Source of the DNA: a bacterium
Lineage (GTDB): Bacteria; Patescibacteriota; Minisyncoccia; Phycocordibacterales; UBA6899
Direction of reading: 5' to 3'
NCBI GenBank assembly: GCA_043743715.1
Contig: JAYTWK010000013.1
Span: 5,268 to 69,267, forward strand
DNA length: 64,000 nucleotides
The notes under the pieces are model-generated. The model searched no databases. It had not been told where the DNA came from and saw only the letters and a program-made list of their open reading frames with translations. The position numbers and the translations under genes are program-made. Position 1 is the first letter of the stretch. Every line of letters begins with the position of its first letter. Of this stretch, positions 18,359 to 27,696 are shown one piece after another.

Positions 18359-19372
18359 ATGCAAAAAAGATATGATGTCGCAGGGATTGGCAGTGCACTT
18401 CTGGATTTGATTGTTGAGGTTCCAGATACCATGCTCGCGGAAGCAGGACTATCGAAGAGTACAATGACACTTATCAGCAAGGAGGAAAGTCAGCGAATCT
18501 TCGATCTTCTCCGTACACGTCATTTCCTTGTCGCGCCTGGCGGAAGTGCTGCAAATACGCTTGCAGGAGTAAGTGTGTTGGGCGGGCAGTCTCTCTTCAT
18601 GGGTCAGATTGGTGCTGATGAGCACGGAGATACATATGAGCAAAAAAGCAAAGCTGCGGGGGTGACCGGTATGCTTTCAAGAAATTCGGCGGTTGCCACC
18701 GGACATGCCATCACCTTGGTTACTCCAGATGGTGAACGGACATTTGCGACACACCTGGGAGCTTCACTACACTTTCGAAAGAGCGATGTGAATGAGGAGG
18801 GTATTGCCGCGAGTAAGATCGTCCATTTTGAGGGGTACCAGCTCGATGACCCACAGCTCAGAGCTGCAGTGATATGGGCGATGGAAATAGCAAAAGCAAA
18901 TGATACGCTCGTCTCAATTGATCTTTCAGATCCTGGAGTGATCACAAGAAATACTGTTACTGTTATGGAGCTGATCAACAGCTATGTGGACATCTTGTTT
19001 GTAAACGAAGTTGAGGCTGAAGCACTAACCGGAAGGCCTGCGAAAGAAGCGGTTGCCGTTATCGCCGAACTCTGTGATATAGCGGTAGTGAAGATTGGCA
19101 GTGGGGGAAGCTATATAAAGCGCGGAGAAGCCCTACATCAGATTTCTGTATATCCGGTACAAGTGGAAAACACTAATGGGGCAGGTGATATGTATGCTGC
19201 GGGAATTCTCTACGGATTAACACAAGGTCTCCCGCTAGAAACAGCGGGAAAGATAGCGAGCTTTGCGGCCTCACGGGTAGTTGCACAAAAAGAAGCCCGC
19301 TTAAATGTAAACGGAACAAGAGAAGTTCGTGAGTTCACTCTGCGTATGCTCCTTGACGCGCCAGATAAATAA
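18359..19372 (+). CDS. PfkB-family carbohydrate/nucleoside kinase, likely adenosine kinase
   Basis: Ribokinase-family fold. C-terminal motif NTNGAGDMYAAGILYG (DTxGAGD). Adjacent to ahcY. Confidence 0.7.
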   Translation: MQKRYDVAGIGSALLDLIVEVPDTMLAEAGLSKSTMTLISKEESQRIFDLLRTRHFLVAPGGSAANTLAGVSVLGGQSLFMGQIGADEHGDTYEQKSKAAGVTGMLSRNSAVATGHAITLVTPDGERTFATHLGASLHFRKSDVNEEGIAASKIVHFEGYQLDDPQLRAAVIWAMEIAKANDTLVSIDLSDPGVITRNTVTVMELINSYVDILFVNEVEAEALTGRPAKEAVAVIAELCDIAVVKIGSGGSYIKRGEALHQISVYPVQVENTNGAGDMYAAGILYGLTQGLPLETAGKIASFAASRVVAQKEARLNVNGTREVREFTLRMLLDAPDK

Positions 19373-19466
19373 TGGCGACGCGATAAAATGGCCTATTGTG
19401 ACTTGTTGTTCTTTCCAGTGCCCGTTATGATGATGAGCTATATAACACAATTAATATAATTTTTTC

Positions 19467-20876
19467 ATGAACGAAACTGAAAACTATAAAGTGCGCGACA
19501 TCTCACTTGCAGAATTTGGTCGCAAGGAGATTGATATGGCAGAAAAGGAAATGCCGGGACTCATGTCGATCCGCGCGAAGTATGGAAAGAAGAAAACATT
19601 AAAGGGAGCGCGTATTACGGGAAGTTTACACATGACGATTCAGACAGCGGTGCTTATCGAGACGCTTGTAGCGCTTGGAGCAGAGGTGCGATGGGCTTCA
19701 TGCAATATCTACTCCACTCAGGATCATGCGGCCGCTGCGATTGCAAAGAGTGGTGTGCCGGTATTCGCATGGAAAGGAATGTCGCTCCAGGATTACTGGT
19801 GGTGTACTGAACGCGCACTCGACTTTGGAAATGGCAAGGGACCCAATCTGATCGTTGACGACGGCGGCGATGCAACGATGATGATCCATCGCGGAGTGGC
19901 GATCGAAAAGAATCCTGCGCTTCTCAAGAAGACAGCGGGCTTAAACGAAGAAGAGCTTGCACTACTCAGTATCCTCAAGCGTTCATATGAGCAAGATAAG
20001 AAGCGCTGGAGTGCCGTGGTGAAGGGAATGAAGGGTGTTTCGGAGGAGACCACTACCGGCGTCAATCGTCTCTACCAGATGTGGAAGGAAGGGAAGCTCT
20101 TGTTTCCGTCGATCAATGTCAATGATTCGGTGACAAAGTCCAAATTCGACAATCTCTACGGTTGCCGAGAAAGTCTAGCCGACGGTATCAAGCGGGCGAC
20201 CAATGTAATGATCGCGGGGAAGACCGTGGTGATATGCGGTTTTGGGAACGTCGGGAAGGGTTGCGCACAGAGTATGCGAGGATTTGGTGCCCGCGTTCTT
20301 GTTACTGAGATCGACCCGATTTGTGCGCTACAGGCGGCAATGGAAGGTTATGAAGTCACTACAGTGGAAGATGCACTTGTGCATGGTGATATCTATGTGA
20401 CGACAACAGGCGCATGCGATATTATTCGCATCGAGCACATGGAGAAGATGAAAGATCAGGCGATCGTGTGCAACATCGGTCATTTTGATAATGAGATACA
20501 GATGGCCAAGCTCGAAACCTACCCCAAGATCAAAGAGATCAATATTAAACCGCAGGTCGATAAGTTTGTATTTCCTGATAAACATGAAATCATCGTGCTC
20601 TCGCGCGGACGCCTGGTAAATCTTGGAAATGCTGAAGGTCATCCAAGTTTTGTGATGAGTAGTTCATTCACCAATCAAGTGCTTGCGCAGATCGACCTCT
20701 GGGAAAACAAGCGTGAGATAGGAGTGCATATTCTCCCAAAGTTTCTTGACGAAGAGGTTGCGCGCCTTCATCTTGGGAAACTTGGAGTCAAACTTACTCA
20801 ACTGACAAAAGCACAGGCGAAATACATAAATGTTGATCAGCATGGACCGTACAAGCCCGATCATTATCGATACTAG
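19467..20876 (+). CDS. ahcY: S-adenosyl-L-homocysteine hydrolase
   Basis: Highly conserved AhcY sequence throughout, including the NAD-binding [12 protein letters not shown] region. Confidence 0.9.
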   Translation: MNETENYKVRDISLAEFGRKEIDMAEKEMPGLMSIRAKYGKKKTLKGARITGSLHMTIQTAVLIETLVALGAEVRWASCNIYSTQDHAAAAIAKSGVPVFAWKGMSLQDYWWCTERALDFGNGKGPNLIVDDGGDATMMIHRGVAIEKNPALLKKTAGLNEEELALLSILKRSYEQDKKRWSAVVKGMKGVSEETTTGVNRLYQMWKEGKLLFPSINVNDSVTKSKFDNLYGCRESLADGIKRATNVMIAGKTVVICGFGNVGKGCAQSMRGFGARVLVTEIDPICALQAAMEGYEVTTVEDALVHGDIYVTTTGACDIIRIEHMEKMKDQAIVCNIGHFDNEIQMAKLETYPKIKEINIKPQVDKFVFPDKHEIIVLSRGRLVNLGNAEGHPSFVMSSSFTNQVLAQIDLWENKREIGVHILPKFLDEEVARLHLGKLGVKLTQLTKAQAKYINVDQHGPYKPDHYRY

Positions 20877-21007
20877 GCTGAGATAAATAGACTAGCGGAG
20901 CCTAAGTCGATTGTCATCGGCTTTGTTCTGGGTAATTAGATGAGACCTTGTCTGACTTCAAAACTTTTGCTAATATCCTCTTACGATTCAATTCTATTGG
21001 AAAGTAT

Positions 21008-21104
21008 GGGCGGTTACGCTATCTTGGTAGGTATACTCAGTAAACATATTATGAGCGAGAGTTTAGTTGAAGGAAGAATATTGGGCGGTTAGCTGTTTTG
21101 GTAG
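21008..21104 (+). repeat. Two decayed tandem copies of the tRNA-Val(GAC) 5' half
   Basis: gggcggttacgctatcttggtag (21008-21030) and gggcggttagctgttttggtag (21083-21104), against the genuine gggcggttagctcagttggtagagc at 21123. Confidence 0.55.
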
Positions 21105-21122
21105 TTAAGCTGAAGTTTATAT

Positions 21123-21195
21123 GGGCGGTTAGCTCAGTTGGTAGAGCGCCACTTTGACGTAGTGGATGTCAGAGGTTCGACTCCTCTATCGCCCA
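21123..21195 (+). tRNA. tRNA-Val (anticodon GAC)
   Basis: Acceptor GGGCGGT/ATCGCCC (one G-U), D-arm GCTC-AGTTGGTA-GAGC, anticodon stem CCACT/AGTGG with loop TTGACGT, T-arm AGAGG-TTCGACT-CCTCT. Confidence 0.85.
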
Positions 21196-21201
21196 CAAGA
21201 A

Positions 21202-21225
21202 ACACACCCAGAGGGGTGTGTTTTG
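21202..21225 (+). terminator. Rho-independent terminator after tRNA-Val(GAC)
   Basis: acacaccc-agag-gggtgtgt followed by tttt. Confidence 0.7.
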
Positions 21226-21242
21226 CTGTGGGCGAAGAAAGC

Positions 21243-21480
21243 GGAGCTTTCGCTAGAGGAGTCGAAGCCGTTCTCCCATATTTACGAACAATTCATATCG
21301 TAAGTAAATGGGAAACGGGTACTGCGCCCGTAGGGCGAGACTTCCTCTATCACCCATGCGTTGGCGAGAGAATTATTCGTGACCGACTCCATCGGAGCTT
21401 TCGCTAGAGGAGTCGAAGACCCTGAGTATATTTCGTCTTCGAAATACGAAGGGTGTACCGTCCCTGTAAGGGAAGACTCC
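21243..21480 (+). repeat. Two tandem copies of a structured repeat, each ending in a GUA-loop hairpin
   Basis: Each unit is GGAGCTTTCGCTAGAGGAGTCGAAG, a spacer, then GGGT(G)TACYGYSCCYGTARGGSRAGAC. The 25-mer is identical at 21243-21267 and 21394-21418. The hairpin modules are at 21317-21345 and 21451-21480. Confidence 0.6.
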
Positions 21481-21528
21481 TCAAAATACTCCCGTAAGGG
21501 TATGTTTGTTGCTTTAAAGAAATCCCTC

Positions 21529-22461
21529 TTAATTCGTATGAAGATGCAAGTAAATATCCTCAAGCGCTTTGACTGCGTCACCGGCGGCGATGTTGTTCTG
21601 ATGATAAAGTCCGTCGGTGCAGTCGCCCGCAGCCCAAATACCCGGTGTCTTTGTCATTTGTGTGCGCGGGTCGACAATGATGTGTCCAATCTTGTCGATT
21701 TCGACAACATCCTTCACAAAAGCGGTCGAAGGAATGAGACCTATTTCGACAAAGATTCCACTTGCAGGTAGTGTTTTCTGCTCCCCGCTAGAAAGATCAC
21801 TGTATACCAGTCCGGTAACAAACTTTTCACCTTTGACTTCAACCAGTTCGGTATTTGTGACGGCTTTCATTTTCGGGTTTGCGAGCACTTTTTCAACGGT
21901 AACCGGATCCGCGCGGAAATCCTTGCTGCGCTGAATAAGCGTGACCGACTTTGAGTAGGCGAGAAGCTGCGCTGCGGTTTCAAAAGCCGCATTGCCACCG
22001 CCGACAACTACGACATCCATTCCGCCGTACAGCGGTCCGTCACATGAAGCACAGTAGGTGACACCTTTATTATCGAATACATCAGCTCCGGGAATGGTGA
22101 GTTTTCTGCGGGTGCTTCCAACAGTGATAAGAATGGTCTTGGTGTCGAAGGACTCACCTCCCTCGGTTTTCACTGTAAAGCCAGCATCCTTCGCTTCAGT
22201 TTTTTTTTGAATACCGGAAACTTTTCCTTCCTTGATATCGACGATATCCGCTTTGTATTCTTCAAGATGTGCCTTGAGGTCTGATGCGAGCTTTGCACCT
22301 GCAATATGCGCTGTGCCAATCCAGTTCTGGATGTCTTCAGAGACGATAGACTGACCACCCCACTCAGCTGTGATAAAGCAGGTTTTTAAGCGTTTGCGGG
22401 CCGCATAGACCCCTGCGGCAACGCCCGCCGGTCCACCTCCGATGATGGTTAAGTCGTACAT
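21529..22461 (-). CDS. trxB: Thioredoxin reductase
   Basis: N-terminal FAD motif IIGGGPAGVAAGVYAA. Redox-active CASCDG. NADPH motif VVVGGGNAAFE. Confidence 0.9.
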   Translation of the reverse strand: MYDLTIIGGGPAGVAAGVYAARKRLKTCFITAEWGGQSIVSEDIQNWIGTAHIAGAKLASDLKAHLEEYKADIVDIKEGKVSGIQKKTEAKDAGFTVKTEGGESFDTKTILITVGSTRRKLTIPGADVFDNKGVTYCASCDGPLYGGMDVVVVGGGNAAFETAAQLLAYSKSVTLIQRSKDFRADPVTVEKVLANPKMKAVTNTELVEVKGEKFVTGLVYSDLSSGEQKTLPASGIFVEIGLIPSTAFVKDVVEIDKIGHIIVDPRTQMTKTPGIWAAGDCTDGLYHQNNIAAGDAVKALEDIYLHLHTN

Positions 22462-22556
22462 GTGAAAAAGTATAAAGTATTAAGTATATTGTATCGAGTA
22501 TAAATTCAACACCACATAATGTAAAGTATACTGTACATTTTAAATCTCACAAATTA

Positions 22557-22712
22557 ACTTCGCTAAAAATTTCGATGAGATACGAGGTGAGGTGGGATGA
22601 TTGGGAACCCGTCTTCGGGAATCCCACCGCAAGACCTTTTGAGATTTTGTCTTAAAAATCCAAAAGGTGTACTGCGCCTGTAAGGCGGCAAGAATTCGTA
22701 GATCGCGAAATT
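22557..22712. repeat. Structured ftsZ-trxB intergenic region with a third GUA-hairpin module and flanking inverted repeats
   Basis: aggtgtactgcgcctgtaaggcggcaagaattc at 22665-22697. ttcgctaaaaatttcgat (22557) is inverted against atcgcgaaattttagcgaa (22693). Local hairpin gggatgattgggaacccgtcttcgggaatcccacc. Confidence 0.45.
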
Positions 22713-23996
22713 TTAGCGAAGTTTTGAGCGGCGAAGGAAGGAGGGAATAACACCCAGATCATCATCCTCATCCTCCTCTTCTTTCTCCTTTTCTTGATTG
22801 CGACCCACCGAGATTACTCGCGGCTTGTCTTCAGGGATAGTATTGAAGATTGCACGCTCGGAGCCTTCCTTGTCTCTGCGGACCGCATCGGTAAATTTTT
22901 CCTTACCTCCATGAAAGAGACCGCCGCGTTGTTCCTGCACTTCTTCCTCTTCTTCCTCATCCTCATTTTCGAGCTGCACTGCTTTCGATGATTGCTGCGC
23001 TGCGTGTCGGTCCATCTGCTTCTTCATAGGTGCGCGGCCTGTAGCGTCCGGGAAACCGGAGGCGATGACAGTAATCTTTATCTCACCCTTCCTGACCTTG
23101 TCGTCGATGATCGCACCGAAGATGACTTTAGCATTGCCGTCGACTGATTCGGTGATGACCTTGGCGGCTTCCTGAATCTCGTTCATGGTCATGTCTTCGC
23201 CGCCGGCAATGGCGAACAATACTCCGCGTGCGCCGGAAATGGTGACATCAAGTAGTGGGGAATTGATAGCCATATGCGCAGCTTCGACCGCGCGATTTTC
23301 GCCGGTAGCGATACCGATACCCATGAGTGCAGTGCCGGCATTCTGCATGATGGCCTTGATATCTGCGAAGTCGACATTGATGAGGCCCGGAGTGGTGATG
23401 AGGTCTGAAATGCCTTCCACCGCCTGGCGCAAAACTTCGTCAACCTGTGCAAATGCAGAAAGAATAGTTGTGTCTTTTGAGGATGCGAGTAGTTTATCGT
23501 TAGGGATGATGATCAGCGCGTCGACTTCTGCTTCGAGCGCCTCTAGGCCGCTCTCTGCGAGATTCATACGCTGCGGTCCTTCGAAAAAGAACGGTTTGGT
23601 TACGACGCCGATAGTGAGTGCATTCAATTCGCGTGCGGTCTTTGCAACGATAGGCGAGGCGCCGGTGCCTGTGCCGCCGCCCATGCCGCACGCAATGAAC
23701 ACCATGTCGGCACCTTTCAGTGCTTCCTGGATTTCTTCTTTGGTCTCTTCAGCGGCACGACGTCCGAGTTCGGGATTCATTCCCGTTCCAAGACCGCGTG
23801 TCAGATTCTTGCCGATATGAATCTTCTTTGATGCAAGTGAGTTGTGCAGGTCTTGTGCGTCAGTATTCGCAACAATGAATTCTACCCCGGTCACTTTTGA
23901 GCGCACCATGTGATTCACTGCGTTTCGTCCGGACCCTCCGACTCCGACAACCTTTATGCGCGCGAATGCTTCGATTTCTGGATTAATTTTGGGCAT
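22713..23996 (-). CDS. ftsZ: Cell division GTPase FtsZ with an acidic C-terminal extension
   Basis: Tubulin signature GGGTGTGASPIVA. C-terminal Glu/Asp-rich tail. Confidence 0.9.
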   Translation of the reverse strand: MPKINPEIEAFARIKVVGVGGSGRNAVNHMVRSKVTGVEFIVANTDAQDLHNSLASKKIHIGKNLTRGLGTGMNPELGRRAAEETKEEIQEALKGADMVFIACGMGGGTGTGASPIVAKTARELNALTIGVVTKPFFFEGPQRMNLAESGLEALEAEVDALIIIPNDKLLASSKDTTILSAFAQVDEVLRQAVEGISDLITTPGLINVDFADIKAIMQNAGTALMGIGIATGENRAVEAAHMAINSPLLDVTISGARGVLFAIAGGEDMTMNEIQEAAKVITESVDGNAKVIFGAIIDDKVRKGEIKITVIASGFPDATGRAPMKKQMDRHAAQQSSKAVQLENEDEEEEEEVQEQRGGLFHGGKEKFTDAVRRDKEGSERAIFNTIPEDKPRVISVGRNQEKEKEEEDEDDDLGVIPSFLRRSKLR

Positions 23997-24196
23997 GTTA
24001 ACAACAATTTAGGACACCGTCCTCGCGGTATCTGCTACTCAATAATACAGCTAGTATAACAAACTATTGGTGGTAAGAAAATCCACCCCCCTACGAACCC
24101 TACAAACAATTTGAGTCGAAAATACCTTGCAAAAACAAGATTCCGTGTTGTGGGATCGTGCGCGAGGGATATCGAGAGAAAAAACCTTAAAACTGA

Positions 24197-25375
24197 CTAG
24201 GGAAGCAGCTGCTTTAAGAGGTTGCGGAAAGTATCTTTCATACGGCGGCCAATGCCCCCCCCGCTGCCCTGACTTTGACGGTCGTTCCCGGCGCCCCAGA
24301 TGGTGAGTCCATATGCGACGAACCAAGAGGTATCTTTGATATGTTTACGAGATTTAGGATCGTTGGTAAAATCAAGATTAACCGAAGGAATCTTCGACGG
24401 CAGCTTCATCGCCGCCTTGGCAAAGTCTTCGAGCGTCTCGATACCCGACCCACCGCCGGTCAAGATGATACCTGCAGGGAGGAGCTCGTGCTTGCCTATC
24501 TTTTTTAAGTGCGCGATGACGAGTGAGAACATATCTTCGAGTCGAGTGAGAACGATGTCATTCAATTTCTTTCTCGGGTATTGATGGCTACCTTTGCCGA
24601 GTTTTATCATCTCGGCTTCTTCGAGCGGAATCTTGAGTCCGAGTGCGATGTCGTTGGTGATGTTGGTTGAGCCGATAGGGAATACCTCGAGTGAGATAGG
24701 AAGATTCTCTTCGTATACGACGATAGAGACTGTCTCTGCGCCGATGTTCGCAAGTATACATCCAGCCATGCGCTGCGCTTTGGTGAGTGCGACGAATGAT
24801 GCGGCGATTGGTGCCGCACAGGCATCGATGACTTCGACACCGGCTTCTTCGACCGAGCGTATGAGATCATTTAAATGTTGATCAAGACAAGTGACCACGA
24901 GAGATCGTGATTCAAGCTTGAGCCCTTTCATGCCTGCCGGCCTGCCGTAGATAGGTTTACCATCGATAGTGTATGAAATAGGGATAGTGTGAAGAATGCG
25001 TTTGTTGGCGGCGTTTGGAAGATTGGTTTCGCATGCGTGGTATGCCCGCTCGACGTCGCTTTCGGTAATCTCTGAATCTGCGCGCGAGATGATGGCGGCG
25101 CCGGTGGTCTGAGCCCCTTCGAGTCCGACTCCGCCAACTGAGAGGAATGCTTCGCGCACGCGCACGCCAGCGCTCTGCTGTGCTTCGTCGACCGCCGTGC
25201 GCACACTCTTTAGTGCGTCGGCGATATTGATGATGTAGCCGTGACGAAGTCCGCGCGATTCAGATTTACCCATGCCGATGATATGTGGAAGACCGGTACC
25301 TGGAGTGTACTCGGTAATGACCACACGAACGGTGTGGGTGCCTATGTCTATTCCTGTGATAATACGTTTAGTCAT
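24197..25375 (-). CDS. ftsA: Cell division protein FtsA
   Basis: Actin-like ATPase motifs (ITGIDIGTHTVRVV...; ...GIILTGGGS). Start at MTKRIITG (25375); the track's longer start is unlikely. Confidence 0.85.
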   Translation of the reverse strand: MTKRIITGIDIGTHTVRVVITEYTPGTGLPHIIGMGKSESRGLRHGYIINIADALKSVRTAVDEAQQSAGVRVREAFLSVGGVGLEGAQTTGAAIISRADSEITESDVERAYHACETNLPNAANKRILHTIPISYTIDGKPIYGRPAGMKGLKLESRSLVVTCLDQHLNDLIRSVEEAGVEVIDACAAPIAASFVALTKAQRMAGCILANIGAETVSIVVYEENLPISLEVFPIGSTNITNDIALGLKIPLEEAEMIKLGKGSHQYPRKKLNDIVLTRLEDMFSLVIAHLKKIGKHELLPAGIILTGGGSGIETLEDFAKAAMKLPSKIPSVNLDFTNDPKSRKHIKDTSWFVAYGLTIWGAGNDRQSQGSGGGIGRRMKDTFRNLLKQLLP

Positions 25376-25600
25376 TTGAAGTGTTCCGGCGGCTCTGCGA
25401 GAAGCTATTTTCGCGCCCTGCATCGTTCTTTTTCTGCGGGGTCACGTAGCAGTATAGCTTATACAGCTCCTGTGACACTCCTCAAAAAATAACGATGCAT
25501 TTCATCGAAAATTTCTTTCTCGCAGGTGTGCATAAGTACCGTATTTCTTAATCCGCGTGTGGGCGACGGGAACAATAAAGCACTTCCGCGCTAAACGTAT

Positions 25601-26011
25601 TTACGAAAGAGTATTCCGTATCTTCAGTTTGGCGAGGAGCTTTGCTTCTTGCTCTTCCATTGTACTCCCGTGACGCATTCCTTTCAAATGCAACATTCCG
25701 TGGATAACCAAGAGTGCAACGAAGAATTCGTAAGATTCGCCGCGCGCCTTGTGCTCGCGCTTGGCCTGCTTTAAGTTGAGAAATATTTCTCCTTGCTTTT
25801 TGCTGAGAGGGAAGGAGAGTACGTTGGGAATATATGACTTGCCGCGATAGGTTTTGTTAAGTGATTGGGAGCGCTTATCCCCGACAAAGACCAGGGAGAG
25901 GTCATAGTCCTTCTCAAGCGTTGCTTGCTTCATATCAAAAAAAGCCAGGCGGGGAATCCTGTCTTTTGTTGTGGAGTGTATTGAAAAACTATCCTTTACG
26001 TCCTTCGCCAT
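25601..26011 (-). CDS. ybeY: rRNA maturation endoribonuclease YbeY
   Basis: Zinc-binding motif HGMLHLKGMRHG (HGxLHLxGxxH). Confidence 0.8.
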   Translation of the reverse strand: MAKDVKDSFSIHSTTKDRIPRLAFFDMKQATLEKDYDLSLVFVGDKRSQSLNKTYRGKSYIPNVLSFPLSKKQGEIFLNLKQAKREHKARGESYEFFVALLVIHGMLHLKGMRHGSTMEEQEAKLLAKLKIRNTLS

Positions 26012-26243
26012 GTACCTTATCAGGTATCTTGCCGAGCTTCTTTAAGCGGTCGTAGCTTTTGGTCTTCTCCATGGTCACAAGCGCGCGGCGCTTGGTCTTG
26101 AGTTTGGACATCTTGCGATTGTGGTAGCGCTCTTCTCGGACTTTCACGAGTGCTTGGGTAGACTGGACGCGTTTGGTAAAACGGCGAATAAGTGCCGCTG
26201 CCGATTCATTACCTTGCTTCTTTACTTCTGCGATGATTTTCAT
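25989..26243 (-). CDS. rpsU: Ribosomal protein bS21-like protein with a C-terminal extension
   Basis: ALIRRFTKRVQSTQALVKVREERYHNRKMSKLKTKRRA resembles S21 (ALRRFKR...EVRRREFYEKPS..RKRK). Overlaps the ybeY start, as in other rpsU-ybeY operons. Confidence 0.5.
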   Translation of the reverse strand: MKIIAEVKKQGNESAAALIRRFTKRVQSTQALVKVREERYHNRKMSKLKTKRRALVTMEKTKSYDRLKKLGKIPDKVHGEGRKG

Positions 26244-26365
26244 CCCGTTAGAAATTAATTCTTGTGTAAATTCAATAAAAGTTAGAGTATGCTGGAGTGT
26301 TTTCTGCCCCTTTTCTCCTCGACTAGGCTTCGGAAGTGCTGCACTTCCTATTTCTAACAGGATTC
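26244..26365. mobile_element. MITE-like repeat copy 1 (about 122 bp, 12-bp terminal inverted repeats cccgttagaaat / atttctaacagg)
   Basis: Shares its termini and the internal hairpin ggaagtgcYgcacttcc with 58627-58750. Abuts the rpsU start codon. Confidence 0.55.
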
Positions 26366-26399
26366 ATACGTGGGGCTTATCCTAACATGTCCTCAAAAA

Positions 26400-26810
26400 A
26401 GCTGCAATAGAGCGCCTTTGGGGTCAAAAGAGGTATTAAAAAGGCGCCTAATGAAGGCGCCAATATTCGCACAGAAATGTACATTTGCCGATTCCGGCGG
26501 TGGTAACAGAGCAACAAAGTACCCGTCACCACCGCCGGCTCGTACAACCCTGAAAGTGGCGGTAAATCAGAAGGTTAGGGACACCTTCTTGGCCAGTGGT
26601 GCGGCGAGCATAGCTTCAGCCGCAACTAAGATCCATAGGTGTCTGACGAGAGCACGTCGTCCCTCTCTAGAGGAAACGCTTATGCCACAGCGCTTGGTGC
26701 CTTTTAGGGCAAGTAGCGCTAGCGCCGTTCTTCACATACGGATCGGTCTTTGAAAACAGCAATTCGGGCCACCAACCCGGCATGCCGGATGAAGCGCGAC
26801 CTCGCCTATC
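26400..26810 (+). ncRNA. rnpB: Putative RNase P RNA (rnpB); boundaries approximate
   Basis: GC-rich stretch whose only ORF has nonsense composition. CUGAAAGUGGCGGUAAAUC resembles bacterial CR-II/III (GUGAAAGGGUGCGGUAAGAGC). It is followed by a P12-like hairpin agaaggttagggacaccttct and a GCAA..AUAGG CR-IV-like segment. An upstream AACAGAGCAACAAAG resembles E. coli AACAGAGAGCAAACC. Confidence 0.35.
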
Positions 26811-27024
26811 TATTCCAGATACTACCAGGTATATTTTCTTTGTCAATGATTTTCATCGTTACTGAGGGCAGTCCTCTGTAAAAGGGGTACCCTTGTAAAA
26901 TGGGCACTTTTACTAACTCAGTCGATAGGCAGAGTTAGTAAAAGTGGAGTTTGGGATAAAAAATCTGCCGCACGGTGAAGTGCGGCAGGGGGGGTGACCC
27001 GAAAAGAACGAACGGTTCACTTCG

Positions 27025-27591
27025 TCAATTATTCAGCTTGGCTTTCATTCGACAGGTCCAGCCGGCGGTTGGGATGGACAGTTCAATCGTCATCTCTTTC
27101 TGGTCAATCGTGAACCGTGTTTCGTCGATGGGAATCGCGCTCGGTATGCCGTTGACTTGCTGCACATCAATCTTCATCGAGTATCTTCTCAAACTACCCT
27201 TTTTCTCGCGCAGTGTGAGGGTAATGGTGCCAGAGATCGGCAGTTTCACGGGCTTTGTCATGATGGTAATCGGGTCAAGCATCCAGCCGGTGAATCGATT
27301 GACTGTCTTCCTGTTCAACGCAGTGGGATAGAGCTTCTTCGGTTTCTTCATGATATAGCCCAGCATCTTGCCCTCTGACACCCAGCTGTCTGAGGTTTCC
27401 GTTGTGACATCGTCCAATACTCCATCGAGGTAAGTTGTTGCGACGTCACCTTGAGATGTCTTGTCGAACACGATGAGAATCTTTTTCGGAAACGATGGAA
27501 CATCCGTGCAGTCGAACTCACGGGTGACAGAGGCGGCCGCAACTAGAGAAGAGATCCCGAGCAGAAGCAAAAAAACAAATGAACGTAGCAT
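27025..27591 (-). CDS. Secreted hypothetical protein (signal peptide)
   Basis: MLRSFVFLLLLGISSLVAAASV signal peptide. No recognisable domain. Confidence 0.5.
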   Translation of the reverse strand: MLRSFVFLLLLGISSLVAAASVTREFDCTDVPSFPKKILIVFDKTSQGDVATTYLDGVLDDVTTETSDSWVSEGKMLGYIMKKPKKLYPTALNRKTVNRFTGWMLDPITIMTKPVKLPISGTITLTLREKKGSLRRYSMKIDVQQVNGIPSAIPIDETRFTIDQKEMTIELSIPTAGWTCRMKAKLNN

Positions 27592-27696
27592 AGCTGACTC
27601 CTTGTGTTGTGTGGGGAACTAAGAACATAAATATTATATCACGAAACTATAAATTACGCAAGTATCTGCTAGCAACAAAATACCCTTATAAATAAA

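Noticed and set aside
18103-18375. ORFs 18103..18375 and 18126..18338 overlapping the tRNA-Val and its 3' repeats
   Set aside because: They cover a tRNA gene and its hairpins and are not coding.
26370-26753. 127-aa ORF in the GC-rich stretch
   Set aside because: The composition (Ala/Arg/Ser/Pro-rich, no hydrophobic core) is typical of translating a structured RNA gene. It is treated as the putative RNase P RNA.
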